From: a virus
Lineage: Duplodnaviria; Caudoviricetes
IMG/VR virus record: IMGVR_UViG_3300021401_000005
Coordinates: 1-64,000 of that record
Strand: one strand, 5' to 3'
DNA length: 64,000 nt
Under the pieces are notes generated by a model that had not been told where the DNA came from, ran no database searches, and saw only the letters and a list, made by a program, of their open reading frames with translations. How positions within the stretch are numbered: position 1 is the stretch's first letter; the number at the start of each line of letters is the position of its first letter. Shown here piece after piece: positions 25,947 through 35,366 of this stretch. A program made the translations under genes and the position numbers.

Positions 25947-26654
25947 ATGAGCAACGGCGTCGTTCAGCCGAGCAATACGAGCGGCAGCTTCGGCTTCTTC
26001 CCTTCGCTGGGCGAGGTCACGCTCAACGCCCTCTCGCGCATCCGGATTCGCGGCCCGATGGTGCTCGCCGAGCACCTCCACCAAGCCTGGATGGAGGCGA
26101 ACCTTCTACAGGTCGAGTGGTCGAACAAAGGCCCCAATCTCTGGAAGGTCACCGAGCAAGTCATCGAGACGGTTCCGGGCGTGCCGACCTATCCGATCCC
26201 GAGCACGACGATCATGGTGCTCAACGTCACGATCGGCACCGGAGACCCGCCGAACGAGACCGAGCTGACCATCACGCCGATGACGCGGCAAGAGTACACG
26301 ATGCAGCCGAACAAGTTGCAGCAAGCGAGGCCGACGACGTTCTGGTTCGACCGCACGATCTCGCCGACGATCACGCTCTGGCCCTGCCCGAATCAGGTCT
26401 TCAACATGCATGTGTGGAGCTTCGGTCAGCAGATGGACGCGATGCAACGCGGTGCGATGCAGCTCGACGTTCCCTATCGTTGGCTCGATGCGGCGGCGGC
26501 CGGCCTCGCCTACCGACTCGCGATGCATTACGCCAATGATCTCGAAGCGCAGCGCAAAGCGCAGTCGGATGACGCCTATCAGGCCGCCGCGACGCAGGAC
26601 ACGGAGACCGGATCGATCTACGTTCTGCCGATGATCCAGGGCTACTACGATTGA
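25947..26654 (+). CDS. putative head-tail adaptor / tail tubular protein
   Basis: EWSNKGPNLWK..RQEYTMQPNK..RPTTFWFDR..PYRWLDAAAAGLAYRLA. Confidence 0.7.
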   Translation: MSNGVVQPSNTSGSFGFFPSLGEVTLNALSRIRIRGPMVLAEHLHQAWMEANLLQVEWSNKGPNLWKVTEQVIETVPGVPTYPIPSTTIMVLNVTIGTGDPPNETELTITPMTRQEYTMQPNKLQQARPTTFWFDRTISPTITLWPCPNQVFNMHVWSFGQQMDAMQRGAMQLDVPYRWLDAAAAGLAYRLAMHYANDLEAQRKAQSDDAYQAAATQDTETGSIYVLPMIQGYYD

Positions 26655-26665
26655 GGTAGGACCAG

Positions 26666-27043
26666 ATGGGGTACGCGAGCCAATCCGGCCGAGCCATCAC
26701 CAACCCCGGAGCGCCACGCGCCTTCGGCGTCTGCGATCGGTGCGGCATTTGGTACAACCTCCACAGGCTCGGCTATCAGTACGAGTGGCAAGGCACCCAG
26801 CTCATCAATACGCGCATGCGCGTCTGCTACCTGTGCAAGGATCGCCCGAATCCGCAGATGAAGGCGAAGGTCGCGCCGCCTGATCCGGTGCCCGTGTACG
26901 ATCCGCGCCCCGAGAATTTCATCGCCAGCCGCTTCGATCCGGCGCCCGTCTCGGGGAACCCGCTCACCACGCAGCAGCAGCCTCCGCCACGGTTCCGGCC
27001 GATCATGACCGAAGGCAGCGCCGACGCGATCGCGATCGAATAG
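26666..27043 (+). CDS. Zn-ribbon-like virion-module protein
   Basis: AFGVCDRCG..RVCYLC..DPRPE. Confidence 0.7.
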   Translation: MGYASQSGRAITNPGAPRAFGVCDRCGIWYNLHRLGYQYEWQGTQLINTRMRVCYLCKDRPNPQMKAKVAPPDPVPVYDPRPENFIASRFDPAPVSGNPLTTQQQPPPRFRPIMTEGSADAIAIE

Positions 27044-27051
27044 GGGGCTCC

Positions 27052-29643
27052 ATGAACAAGCGCGTCCTGCCTCCGACCGTTCCCGATCCGGCTGCGCCGT
27101 CGTCGCCGATCGAAGGCGTGCCTGGACCCGCTACCTGGGACCCTGGCCAAGCGCCGCAGAACACGACGCCGATCTCGGAGCTGCCGCTAGCCGGCGCGCT
27201 CCAGGGTCCCGAATTGATGGCGGTGGTTCAGGGCGGGATCACTGCTCAGACATCGATTGCGCAGCTCATTCGGTTCGTCGAAATGCCGACGCCGATCGCG
27301 GTGGGGCTGGGCGGCACGGGCACCGCGTCTCTCCCGCCGAACAGCGTGCTTCTCGGCGGCGTGACCCAAGTCGGCGTGATCTTACCGCAGACGAACGGCT
27401 CGGTGCTCGTCAGCGGCGTGGGGCCGCATTGGACGCCGGCCGGCGCTGCCGGCCAGTTTTTGCAAAGCCAGGGCGCGGGGAACGATCCGATCTGGTCGGC
27501 GATAGCGGGGATTCCCGGGCCTGCGGGACCGACTGGGCCGCAGGGGGCGACCGGCGCGCCAGGGCCGCAAGGTTCTCCGGGTCTTGCGGGGCCGCCAGGA
27601 GCGCAAGGACTGCCCGGGCCGCAGGGCTCGACCGGCTTGACCGGCGCGCAAGGGCCGACCGGCGCGCAAGGACCGCCAGGGGCCACCGGGCCGCAGGGGC
27701 CGACTGGGCCGGAGGGCGCCGATGGTCAGAGCGCGGTCATCATCGGCGAGTTCGGCGCATCCAAGACGCCGGCCAATCTGCCAGCCAACGGTATCATTCC
27801 GGCGAACTGGGACGCTGCTGGCGTTCCGCCTGCGCAAATTACGATGGGGCTCAGCCAAGCTCTCGTTTACACGGTCAATGAGAACATCTGGGTCTATGTC
27901 GGCACGAGCGTTGTCTCGGCCGGATGGATTGACATTGGAGCTGCGGAGGGTCCTGCGGGGCCGACCGGGCCGCAGGGGCCGGCCGGCGCGACTGGGTCGA
28001 CTGGGCCGCAGGGGGCGACTGGGCCGCAGGGGGCGACTGGGCCGACGGGACCTACCGGGCCGACAGGTCCGCAAGGGCCGACCGCTGTGTCAACCAATGC
28101 GGGCAATCAGGCCACGCTTGGGACCGATAGCCTGACGTATGTTCCCCTCGGCGCCGGGGTTAACCCAGGCGCCGCTACGCCGCTCATGGACGGGACGGCG
28201 TCGGTCGGGTCGTCAGCGCTCTATTCGAGACAGGATCACGTTCACCCGAGCGATACATCGCGCTACGCCGCTTCCAACCCGTCCGGCTTCCAGACGGCTG
28301 CGCAAGTCACAGCTTCGCTCGGCAACTATCTGCCGCTGTCGGGCGGCACGGTCTCGGGTGGCACCGCCTTCACCGCCGGGATCATTCTCGCAGGCCCCAC
28401 CAATCTCAACCTTGGCGGCGGCTCGGCGGGACAGGTTCTAACCGCCACTGGCACCGGCGCCCTGCTGTCGTGGGGCGCTGTTGTGCCCGCCGCCTCGACC
28501 ACCACGCCGTTGGTGGCTAGTGGGGCGGGGGCGATCGGCTCCTTGGCCACCTCTTTCGCGCTCGCCGATCATGTCCACCCAGCGCAGACCGTTTCGGCCG
28601 GCGATACTACGGACATCGCTTATTTCGGCGATGGGTCGGACGGCGCGGTCAGCATCACCACCACGGTCGCACTGACCCGCGACATGTACTATTCGAGCCT
28701 GACGATCAGCGGCGCGGGCATCCTGCAAACAAATGGTTGGCGGGTGTTTGTTTCTGGCGTGCTCGACCTTTCATCGGCGGGCGCGGGCGCGATTTTCCCT
28801 ACAACCTTACCGTCGACTGTTGGAGGCAACGGCGGCAGTCCGACAGGGGGGACCGGTGGGCTGAATAGGCAAGGACAATGGTTCACAAGTGTGTCGGGCG
28901 GTGTGGGTGGCGCAGGTTCCAGCACCGCTAACGGCAACGGTACTGCGGGAGGCTTGGTTACCCCGCCAAATAGCATCACAGGTTGTCTCGGCGGCGCGGG
29001 CGGCGTTGGCGGCGTTGGCGGATCACCTGGGATCGGGGGGGCTCCAGGGAACGGTGGCGCCATGAACTACACTTTGGGTCGCCTTCGTTATCCAACGGTT
29101 TTCCCCCTTTATCCCATCAGCAGCAGCCCCGCCCCTACGTATTGTGGCGGCCTTCCCGGTTCGGGTGGCGGCGGGGGCGGCAGCCCCAATGGTGTATCCA
29201 GTCAAGGGGGCGGAGGGGGCGGAGGGGGCGCGGGTGGCGTTCTCTTCATCTGGGCGCGCACCATCAATCGCGGCGTAGGGACAGCGGCGGGAGTGATCAA
29301 TCTGTCGGGTTTCAATGGCGGCAACGGTGGCGCTGTCGCCAATAGCGGTGGAGGCGGCGGAGGGGGTGGAGGCGGTGGCGGGGTTTATCTCGTTTTCCGG
29401 TTCTTGACCGGGACGCCTGTAGCCAATGCGATCAATCTGTCGGGCGGCAATGGCGGCAACGCCGGAACCGGGACTGCTGCTGCTCAAGGGCAAGGCGGTG
29501 CGGGCGGCAGCGCTGGGACTTTGACGATGTGCAATATCGCTGCTGACACGGTGACGGCGCAAATCGGATCGCCGGGGAGTCCGCCAACCGGCACCGGCAG
29601 TGTGACCGGCGGCTTGGGCGGCGTGGGCTTGTTCACCCTATGA
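27052..29643 (+). CDS. tail fibre with collagen-like and glycine-rich domains
   Basis: Two (G-X-Y)n runs, [14 protein letters not shown] repeats, YFGDGSDG, poly-Gly C-terminus. Confidence 0.85.
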   Translation: MNKRVLPPTVPDPAAPSSPIEGVPGPATWDPGQAPQNTTPISELPLAGALQGPELMAVVQGGITAQTSIAQLIRFVEMPTPIAVGLGGTGTASLPPNSVLLGGVTQVGVILPQTNGSVLVSGVGPHWTPAGAAGQFLQSQGAGNDPIWSAIAGIPGPAGPTGPQGATGAPGPQGSPGLAGPPGAQGLPGPQGSTGLTGAQGPTGAQGPPGATGPQGPTGPEGADGQSAVIIGEFGASKTPANLPANGIIPANWDAAGVPPAQITMGLSQALVYTVNENIWVYVGTSVVSAGWIDIGAAEGPAGPTGPQGPAGATGSTGPQGATGPQGATGPTGPTGPTGPQGPTAVSTNAGNQATLGTDSLTYVPLGAGVNPGAATPLMDGTASVGSSALYSRQDHVHPSDTSRYAASNPSGFQTAAQVTASLGNYLPLSGGTVSGGTAFTAGIILAGPTNLNLGGGSAGQVLTATGTGALLSWGAVVPAASTTTPLVASGAGAIGSLATSFALADHVHPAQTVSAGDTTDIAYFGDGSDGAVSITTTVALTRDMYYSSLTISGAGILQTNGWRVFVSGVLDLSSAGAGAIFPTTLPSTVGGNGGSPTGGTGGLNRQGQWFTSVSGGVGGAGSSTANGNGTAGGLVTPPNSITGCLGGAGGVGGVGGSPGIGGAPGNGGAMNYTLGRLRYPTVFPLYPISSSPAPTYCGGLPGSGGGGGGSPNGVSSQGGGGGGGGAGGVLFIWARTINRGVGTAAGVINLSGFNGGNGGAVANSGGGGGGGGGGGGVYLVFRFLTGTPVANAINLSGGNGGNAGTGTAAAQGQGGAGGSAGTLTMCNIAADTVTAQIGSPGSPPTGTGSVTGGLGGVGLFTL

Positions 29644-29861
29644 GCACGATCACCGACATGTATGGCCGGGAGATCACCATTCAGACGGGCGTCGTGACGC
29701 AGACGATGGAGGGCGCTGTAACTGAGGATGTCTACTCGCTCGATGGCGTCGATGTCTGGCTTCCGGCCGGGACGCCTCAGAATGTTGCTTTGCAGACGAT
29801 CGAGGCGATGGCCCCGGATTGGTGGACGACGCCAGAGCCGGATCAAGGGCTGCCGTCGTGA
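29640..29861 (+). CDS. hypothetical protein (possible fibre chaperone)
   Basis: ATGA coupling to the tail fibre gene. Confidence 0.55.
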   Translation: MSTITDMYGREITIQTGVVTQTMEGAVTEDVYSLDGVDVWLPAGTPQNVALQTIEAMAPDWWTTPEPDQGLPS

Positions 29862-30658
29862 GCTACACCTACGCCAGCTTCCAGAAGGCGCTCGCGCTGG
29901 AGATGATCATCCCCAACGCCAACGTGAGCGATCCGAACTTCGTCGCCATCCTGCCGACCATCGTCGATTACGCCGAGCAGCGCATCTATCGCGAACTCGA
30001 CCTCCTGGCCACCCAGGTGGTGCAATGGTTCGCCATGACCCCGAACTCGCGCGCGCAGAGCTTCGCGGCTAGCAGTTCCGTCTACGCCAATCATACCCCG
30101 GCGCAGCAAATCCTCGTCGTTGAGCGGGTCCGGGTGATGCCTCCCACCGCGACCCCTGGCGGCGGCTTCAATCAGGGCGGCGAGCCGCTTACTCCGAGCA
30201 GCATGGATTATCTCGACGCCGTCTACAGCGGCATCTTCCCGGCCCCAGGCCCGACCGGGCGGCCTGTAAAGTTTTCGCAGCGCGACGATCAGACGATCGT
30301 CTTCGGCCCCACGCCGGATCAGGCCTATTTCTTCGACATCCAGGGTGAAGCGCGCCCGGTGCCGCTCTATAGCGCCGCGCCTGGAGACGGCTCGCAGACG
30401 ACGTTCCTGACGACGGTCCTGCCCGATCTCTTCCTCGCAGGCGCGATGATCGCGGCGTCCGGCTATCGTCACAACTTCGGCGCTCAGTCCGACGATCCGC
30501 GCATGGCGCTGAGCTGGGAGAGCCAGTACATGGAGCTGCTCCTTTCCGCGAAGACGGAAGAGGTGCGCAAGCGGTTCCTCGGCTGGCAGCAAATGTCATC
30601 GCGCAGCGGACCGGCGAGTGCAGGCGGAGCCGCGCCCCCGGCGCCAGCTGGGGGATGA
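29858..30658 (+). CDS. putative tail adaptor protein
   Basis: LPTIVDYAEQRIYRELD..FGPTPDQAY..TFLTTVLPDLFL..WESQY; GTG start inferred. Confidence 0.7.
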   Translation: MSYTYASFQKALALEMIIPNANVSDPNFVAILPTIVDYAEQRIYRELDLLATQVVQWFAMTPNSRAQSFAASSSVYANHTPAQQILVVERVRVMPPTATPGGGFNQGGEPLTPSSMDYLDAVYSGIFPAPGPTGRPVKFSQRDDQTIVFGPTPDQAYFFDIQGEARPVPLYSAAPGDGSQTTFLTTVLPDLFLAGAMIAASGYRHNFGAQSDDPRMALSWESQYMELLLSAKTEEVRKRFLGWQQMSSRSGPASAGGAAPPAPAGG

Positions 30659-30661
30659 GCT

Positions 30662-33600
30662 TTGCCCTTCTTGACCGTCAAGATTCAGCCTGGGGTCAAG
30701 ACCATCGCGACCCCGACGCTGCTCAACGCGAACATCGTCGCCTCAAACTTGATCCGCTGGCGCGGCGGCCTGCCCGAGAAGTACGGCGGCTGGATGAATT
30801 TCTTCACCAACCTAGGCCCGGGCGGCGGCCCGGGCGCCGCCACCCTTCCGGGTATCGTCCGCGACATGTGCGCCTGGGCGGACCTCGACACCATCAACCA
30901 CCTCGCGCTTGGCGGAACCAATGGCTTGACAGCCCTGACGCCAAACGCGGCGGGAGGGCCGCCGACGGTGGGCGATATCGCGCCGCGCTACGTGCTGACC
31001 ACGAGCACGACTGCGATCACGACCGATGGGTCGACCTTTTCGTCATACGCTCTAGACGCATCACCGCCAGGAAGCATGACTATCACCCTTGCTGGCAACG
31101 TAGCCGCGTCGGTGCAAGTCGGATGGCGCGTTCGCTGCTTTGGCTCCAGCGCAGGGGGCCCCCTTGGCCCCACGTTCGCGATCCCGCAGGGGACAGTCGT
31201 CACCGCGATAGCCCTGGCGCCTCCGCCCGGAGGCGGCGGCGACGTGACGACAATCACTTTAAGCCAGCCAGTTGCGCCAGGGTTTCCTGGGGTAGCGGGC
31301 GCTCCTGGGCCAGGGGTGGAGCAAGCCGCTGAGATTGTTTTCGACAGCCCCGCGACAATCATCACGTTCACCGACCCCAGCATGCCATCGGGGTTCAACA
31401 CCCACTGCTCGATCCAGGTTCTGAACCACGTCTGGCTCGGCGACGGGCAGATCCTGTTGGGGACATATCCGGTACAAACCGTCACGCAGGGTTTGAGCGG
31501 GGTCTTCACGATCGCCGCGCCGCCGGGGTGGTTTTACTGTGCCACGCCGGCCGTGCTGAGTCTCCAACTAACTAACGGCGTCGCCGGCCCACCAGAGGGG
31601 ATAGGCACCTTCCCTTACACACTGAACATTGGCGGCAGCGGCGGCTACAACATCGCAACGGTCGGCATAGTGCCATATCAGGCGGGCGGCACGCTCGCTA
31701 TCGCAGCGCCGACGACCTTTGGCGGGGTCAATTTTGAGGGGCAGTTTTACGCGATCACGGCGCTCGACGTGGGGCAAAACATTCCAATGAACACCGGGCG
31801 AAGTTTCGCCTTCAGCCTACCCAATCCCCCCAGTGCAAACGGCAACGTGAACGAAGGCAATCTCGTCAGCCCGCAAATCGCGGAGATTATTTACTGGCTT
31901 TCGGAGCCGCCCGTAGGCACGGCGCACAACGCGCGCGGCGCGCTCGGCGGGAATCCTTACCCGCCTCTCTACGGCAGTGCGGACTATGGAGCGCGCTGGG
32001 TCGGCGGTGTCACCAGTGACGACTGGTCGCTCGCCAACTTCGGCTCGACGCTCCTATCGAGCCCGCTCAATGGGCCACTGTTCCAGTGGGACCCGACGGC
32101 GGGCGTTCCGAACTCGGCCGCGATCGGCGGCGCGCCCACCACTTGCGCGGGCTTTTTTGTCGGCATGCCCGAGCAGCAGATCATTGTTTACGGGGCAAGC
32201 TACGATCAGGTGCAGGACCCTCTGCTCGTCGCGTGGTGCGACAACGCCAACTACAACGTTTGGATTGCCAATACCGACAATCAGGCTGGGACGTTTCGGC
32301 TGTCGCGCGGAAGCAAGATTGTCGGCGGCATCCAGGGGCCGCAGCAGGCGATGCTGTGGACCGATGTCGGTCTCTGGGTGATGAGTTACATCGGATATCC
32401 GGATGTGTTCGGGTTCAATGAGGTGGCGCAGGGATGCGGGCTGATCGGCAAGCACGCCGTCGCGGTCTACGGCCCCCAGGTGTTCTGGATGGGACGCGAC
32501 GCCTTCTGGGTTTACGCTAACGGCGCGGCGCAGCGGCTCCCGTGCGATGTGTGGGACGTCATCGTCAAGAACCTCAACAATACGCGAAACACCAACGGGG
32601 ATTACGTCTATTGGGGCCACATTCGCGGAGCCGCGAACTCGGACTATGACGAAGTCGCGTGGCACTTCCCCTCACAGGCCGCGACGGACGGCGAGAACGA
32701 CAGCTTCGTCAAATTCAATACGGTCACCGGGGAATGGGACTATTCGATCTCGACCCCGCAACAAGGCATGGTCGGCAATACGCCGGTCCGGATAACCGAG
32801 TGGACCGACCACAATATTTTCGGTCACCCGCTCTCGGTGATGCTTGGCCACACCGTCATAACCGGGGTGGCCTCCATCGGAGGCCTCGCAGGCGCAACCA
32901 CTTTCTCGCTCGTTGGGGGGCTGCCCGCAGGCGTTCTCGTCGGGATGACTATCGCCGACCTCACCAACCCGGCTGCGATTACGGCTGGGACCCAGTTGTC
33001 CATCGTCACGACCCAAGTGACTTTGAGCCTGCCTTTGACGGCAAACGTGCCTGTCGGGAGTTTGATTACCTTTGTGGCGCCAAGCGGCTATCCGTCCATG
33101 ACCGTGGCCACGAGCGCGGCGAGTGCTTCTGGATCATCCGTTCTGATCTTCACTACCAATCTGGCGGGGCTCGCTGTCGGCTGGGAGGTCTTTGCTTTCG
33201 CTGGCGCGATAGCAACCGCGACCACGGTAAGCAGCTTCATCGCGTCGCAGATCACGGTGAGCGAGCCTTTGGCGGCGAATGTCTCGGCTGGCGACACGAT
33301 CCAGTTCACCGGCTGGAACTCATCGGTGATGCAGCATGAAATGGGAATGGACGCCAACGGCTCGCCCATCAATTGGATGGTCCAGACCGGCTTCTTCATG
33401 CTCAGCGACGGCGAGGACAAAGTCTTCGTCGACTATATGCTGCCCGACTTCCTATGGCGGCGGTGGCAACAGCCGCAGTCCACCAGCGCCACAGTCGAGA
33501 TCACGCTCTACACCGCCGATGAGCCGGACGATCCGACTGACCCGTGGATCGCCTACGGGCCTTTTGTGGTGACCAACGCCTCCGGGGGCGTCGAGGTCCG

Positions 33601-33706
33601 ATGCAGAGGCCGATACTTTTTCGCCTTGATCCAAGGCAATGACCTTGGATCGTTCGTCCGGTTGGGCGGCATCAAGTTTCGCTTTGCACCTGACGGGCGC
33701 AATTAG
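30662..33706 (+). CDS. tail stabilisation/nozzle protein (beta-propeller)
   Basis: IQPGV..NLIRWRGGLPEKYGGW; WSLANFG, DPLLVAWCD, NQAG, LWTD, FWMG, VAWHFPS, RFAPDGR. Confidence 0.8.
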   Translation: MPFLTVKIQPGVKTIATPTLLNANIVASNLIRWRGGLPEKYGGWMNFFTNLGPGGGPGAATLPGIVRDMCAWADLDTINHLALGGTNGLTALTPNAAGGPPTVGDIAPRYVLTTSTTAITTDGSTFSSYALDASPPGSMTITLAGNVAASVQVGWRVRCFGSSAGGPLGPTFAIPQGTVVTAIALAPPPGGGGDVTTITLSQPVAPGFPGVAGAPGPGVEQAAEIVFDSPATIITFTDPSMPSGFNTHCSIQVLNHVWLGDGQILLGTYPVQTVTQGLSGVFTIAAPPGWFYCATPAVLSLQLTNGVAGPPEGIGTFPYTLNIGGSGGYNIATVGIVPYQAGGTLAIAAPTTFGGVNFEGQFYAITALDVGQNIPMNTGRSFAFSLPNPPSANGNVNEGNLVSPQIAEIIYWLSEPPVGTAHNARGALGGNPYPPLYGSADYGARWVGGVTSDDWSLANFGSTLLSSPLNGPLFQWDPTAGVPNSAAIGGAPTTCAGFFVGMPEQQIIVYGASYDQVQDPLLVAWCDNANYNVWIANTDNQAGTFRLSRGSKIVGGIQGPQQAMLWTDVGLWVMSYIGYPDVFGFNEVAQGCGLIGKHAVAVYGPQVFWMGRDAFWVYANGAAQRLPCDVWDVIVKNLNNTRNTNGDYVYWGHIRGAANSDYDEVAWHFPSQAATDGENDSFVKFNTVTGEWDYSISTPQQGMVGNTPVRITEWTDHNIFGHPLSVMLGHTVITGVASIGGLAGATTFSLVGGLPAGVLVGMTIADLTNPAAITAGTQLSIVTTQVTLSLPLTANVPVGSLITFVAPSGYPSMTVATSAASASGSSVLIFTTNLAGLAVGWEVFAFAGAIATATTVSSFIASQITVSEPLAANVSAGDTIQFTGWNSSVMQHEMGMDANGSPINWMVQTGFFMLSDGEDKVFVDYMLPDFLWRRWQQPQSTSATVEITLYTADEPDDPTDPWIAYGPFVVTNASGGVEVRCRGRYFFALIQGNDLGSFVRLGGIKFRFAPDGRN

Positions 33707-33717
33707 GGAGAAGGGCT

Positions 33718-34065
33718 ATGGCCGACATCGGCGCGGGCGACCTCCAGACGCTGATCTCGACGTTGCAGAACAGCAACAAGCAGTCCGGCCATATCATCAA
33801 AGCCATCGAAGGGGTCGGCAGTTCGTTGGCCAGCTCTTTGAGCGGCAGTATCGGTACGAGCGTCGCCCAAGCCGTCTCTCAAGCCCTCGCCTCCGCGAGC
33901 GCGGCCCAAAGCGCTGTCACGCCCATGAGCGCGCGGGTGACGGCCGAGCCCTCGTTCGGAGCCACGACAGAGGGCGGGCCTCTCCCGGCTGAGCCGGACG
34001 GCTACATCACCATCACCATTCCTGGCGTCGGGGATCGCTTCATCCCCTATTACTCGGCGGGGTAG
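33718..34065 (+). CDS. hypothetical virion protein
   Basis: C-terminal LPAEPDGYITITIPG..IPYY. Confidence 0.6.
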   Translation: MADIGAGDLQTLISTLQNSNKQSGHIIKAIEGVGSSLASSLSGSIGTSVAQAVSQALASASAAQSAVTPMSARVTAEPSFGATTEGGPLPAEPDGYITITIPGVGDRFIPYYSAG

Positions 34066-34070
34066 GCCTC

Positions 34071-34784
34071 ATGCCCGGTTACAATCCATCGTCAATTAGA
34101 ATCCAGCGCATGCTTGGCGCGACGGCGCCTATCCGCCCGCCGAAGATGCCGAAACCGATGTCGACGCCGAAGTTCGGCCCCGGGATCAGCGATCGGATGC
34201 TGATGCGGCCAGGGCGCGCCGACGGCGGCGGCATCACCGACAGTCCCGCCTCACCCTTCGCGGGCGGCATCATGTCGACCGGCGCGGGCCGCGCCGACGA
34301 CGTCCCGATGCATGTCCCGAACGGGGCCTATGTCATGCCAGCCTGGGCGGTCAGCCATCTCGGCGAGGGGAACACCATCAACGGCATGAGCCAATTGAAG
34401 ATGATGTTCGGCAGTCCGTGGGGCGCGCCAAAGACGCCGTTCGGCGCTCCGAGCCCCGCGCTTTCGGTCGGCAAGGGCGTCCCCATGCCGCATCCGAAGC
34501 CTCCGCCCATGCACTTCCAACCACCGAATTTCTACCCACAGGGCATGTCGGCGGAGAACCCGGCGCTGAGCGACAAGCAGAAGCACGGCGGTGCGGCGGT
34601 CGGCGGTGGGGGAGCGATCCCGATCAACGCGAGCGGCGGCGAGTTCGTGATCGACCCGGACGAGGTTGCGAGAATCGGGGACGGCAACGTCAATAAGGGA
34701 CACAAGGTCCTCGACTTGTGGGTCATGAAGTTGAAGAAAGAGGCAGCCGACACGCTCAAGAAGCTCCCCGGTCCGGCGAAATAG
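34071..34784 (+). CDS. virion protein with a duplicated small domain
   Basis: GRADDVPMHVPNGAYVMPAWAV and IPINASGGEFVIDPDEV, each preceded by an xxxGG motif. Confidence 0.7.
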   Translation: MPGYNPSSIRIQRMLGATAPIRPPKMPKPMSTPKFGPGISDRMLMRPGRADGGGITDSPASPFAGGIMSTGAGRADDVPMHVPNGAYVMPAWAVSHLGEGNTINGMSQLKMMFGSPWGAPKTPFGAPSPALSVGKGVPMPHPKPPPMHFQPPNFYPQGMSAENPALSDKQKHGGAAVGGGGAIPINASGGEFVIDPDEVARIGDGNVNKGHKVLDLWVMKLKKEAADTLKKLPGPAK

Positions 34785-34794
34785 GAGGCGAGGC

Positions 34795-35361
34795 GTGAAA
34801 GAGTTCTCGCGCGAGCACGAAGCCGAGCTGCGGGACACGCCGCCGCGCACCCCGATCCGCTTAGCCGATGACGACGACGAGCTGGGCATCCTCGACATGT
34901 GTCGGCTGATGCACCGAGAGCAGCCCTATCACCCGCTCAACGTCGGCAAGGTGGCGGCGATGATCAGGCTCGCCATCCATCAGGGGCCGGAGCGGCGTGG
35001 CATCCTCGGCGTGATCGGCGAGCGCGACCATCTCCGGGGCGCGATCTTCCTGCTGATCGAACCAATCTGGTACTCGGACGACTGGCAGCTGCTTGAGTTT
35101 TTCAATTACGTGCGGCCGGAATATCGGCGCGAGGGCTACGCCCAAGATCTCATAGCCTACGCCAAGCGGTGCAGCGATCAGATCGGCATCGACCTCACCA
35201 TCGGCGTGTTCTCGAACATCCGGACCGCCGCGAAGATCCGCCTCTATCGCCGCTGGGTCCCGCAGTTCGGCGCGTTCTTCTGTTACGCGCCCCCGAACCG
35301 GAAACCGTTTATCGATCGCCTCGCTGAAATGACGCCCGTGAACAAAGTCGCGGCGGAGTAG
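34795..35361 (+). CDS. GNAT-fold protein of the tail/ejection module
   Basis: IRLADDDD..FNYVRPEYRREGYAQDLIAYAK acetyl-CoA-binding-type motif. Confidence 0.7.
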   Translation: MKEFSREHEAELRDTPPRTPIRLADDDDELGILDMCRLMHREQPYHPLNVGKVAAMIRLAIHQGPERRGILGVIGERDHLRGAIFLLIEPIWYSDDWQLLEFFNYVRPEYRREGYAQDLIAYAKRCSDQIGIDLTIGVFSNIRTAAKIRLYRRWVPQFGAFFCYAPPNRKPFIDRLAEMTPVNKVAAE

Positions 35362-35366
35362 CAACC

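Noticed and set aside
27510-28080. 9-bp periodic GC-rich DNA repeats
   Set aside because: Explained by collagen G-X-Y codons in the tail fibre
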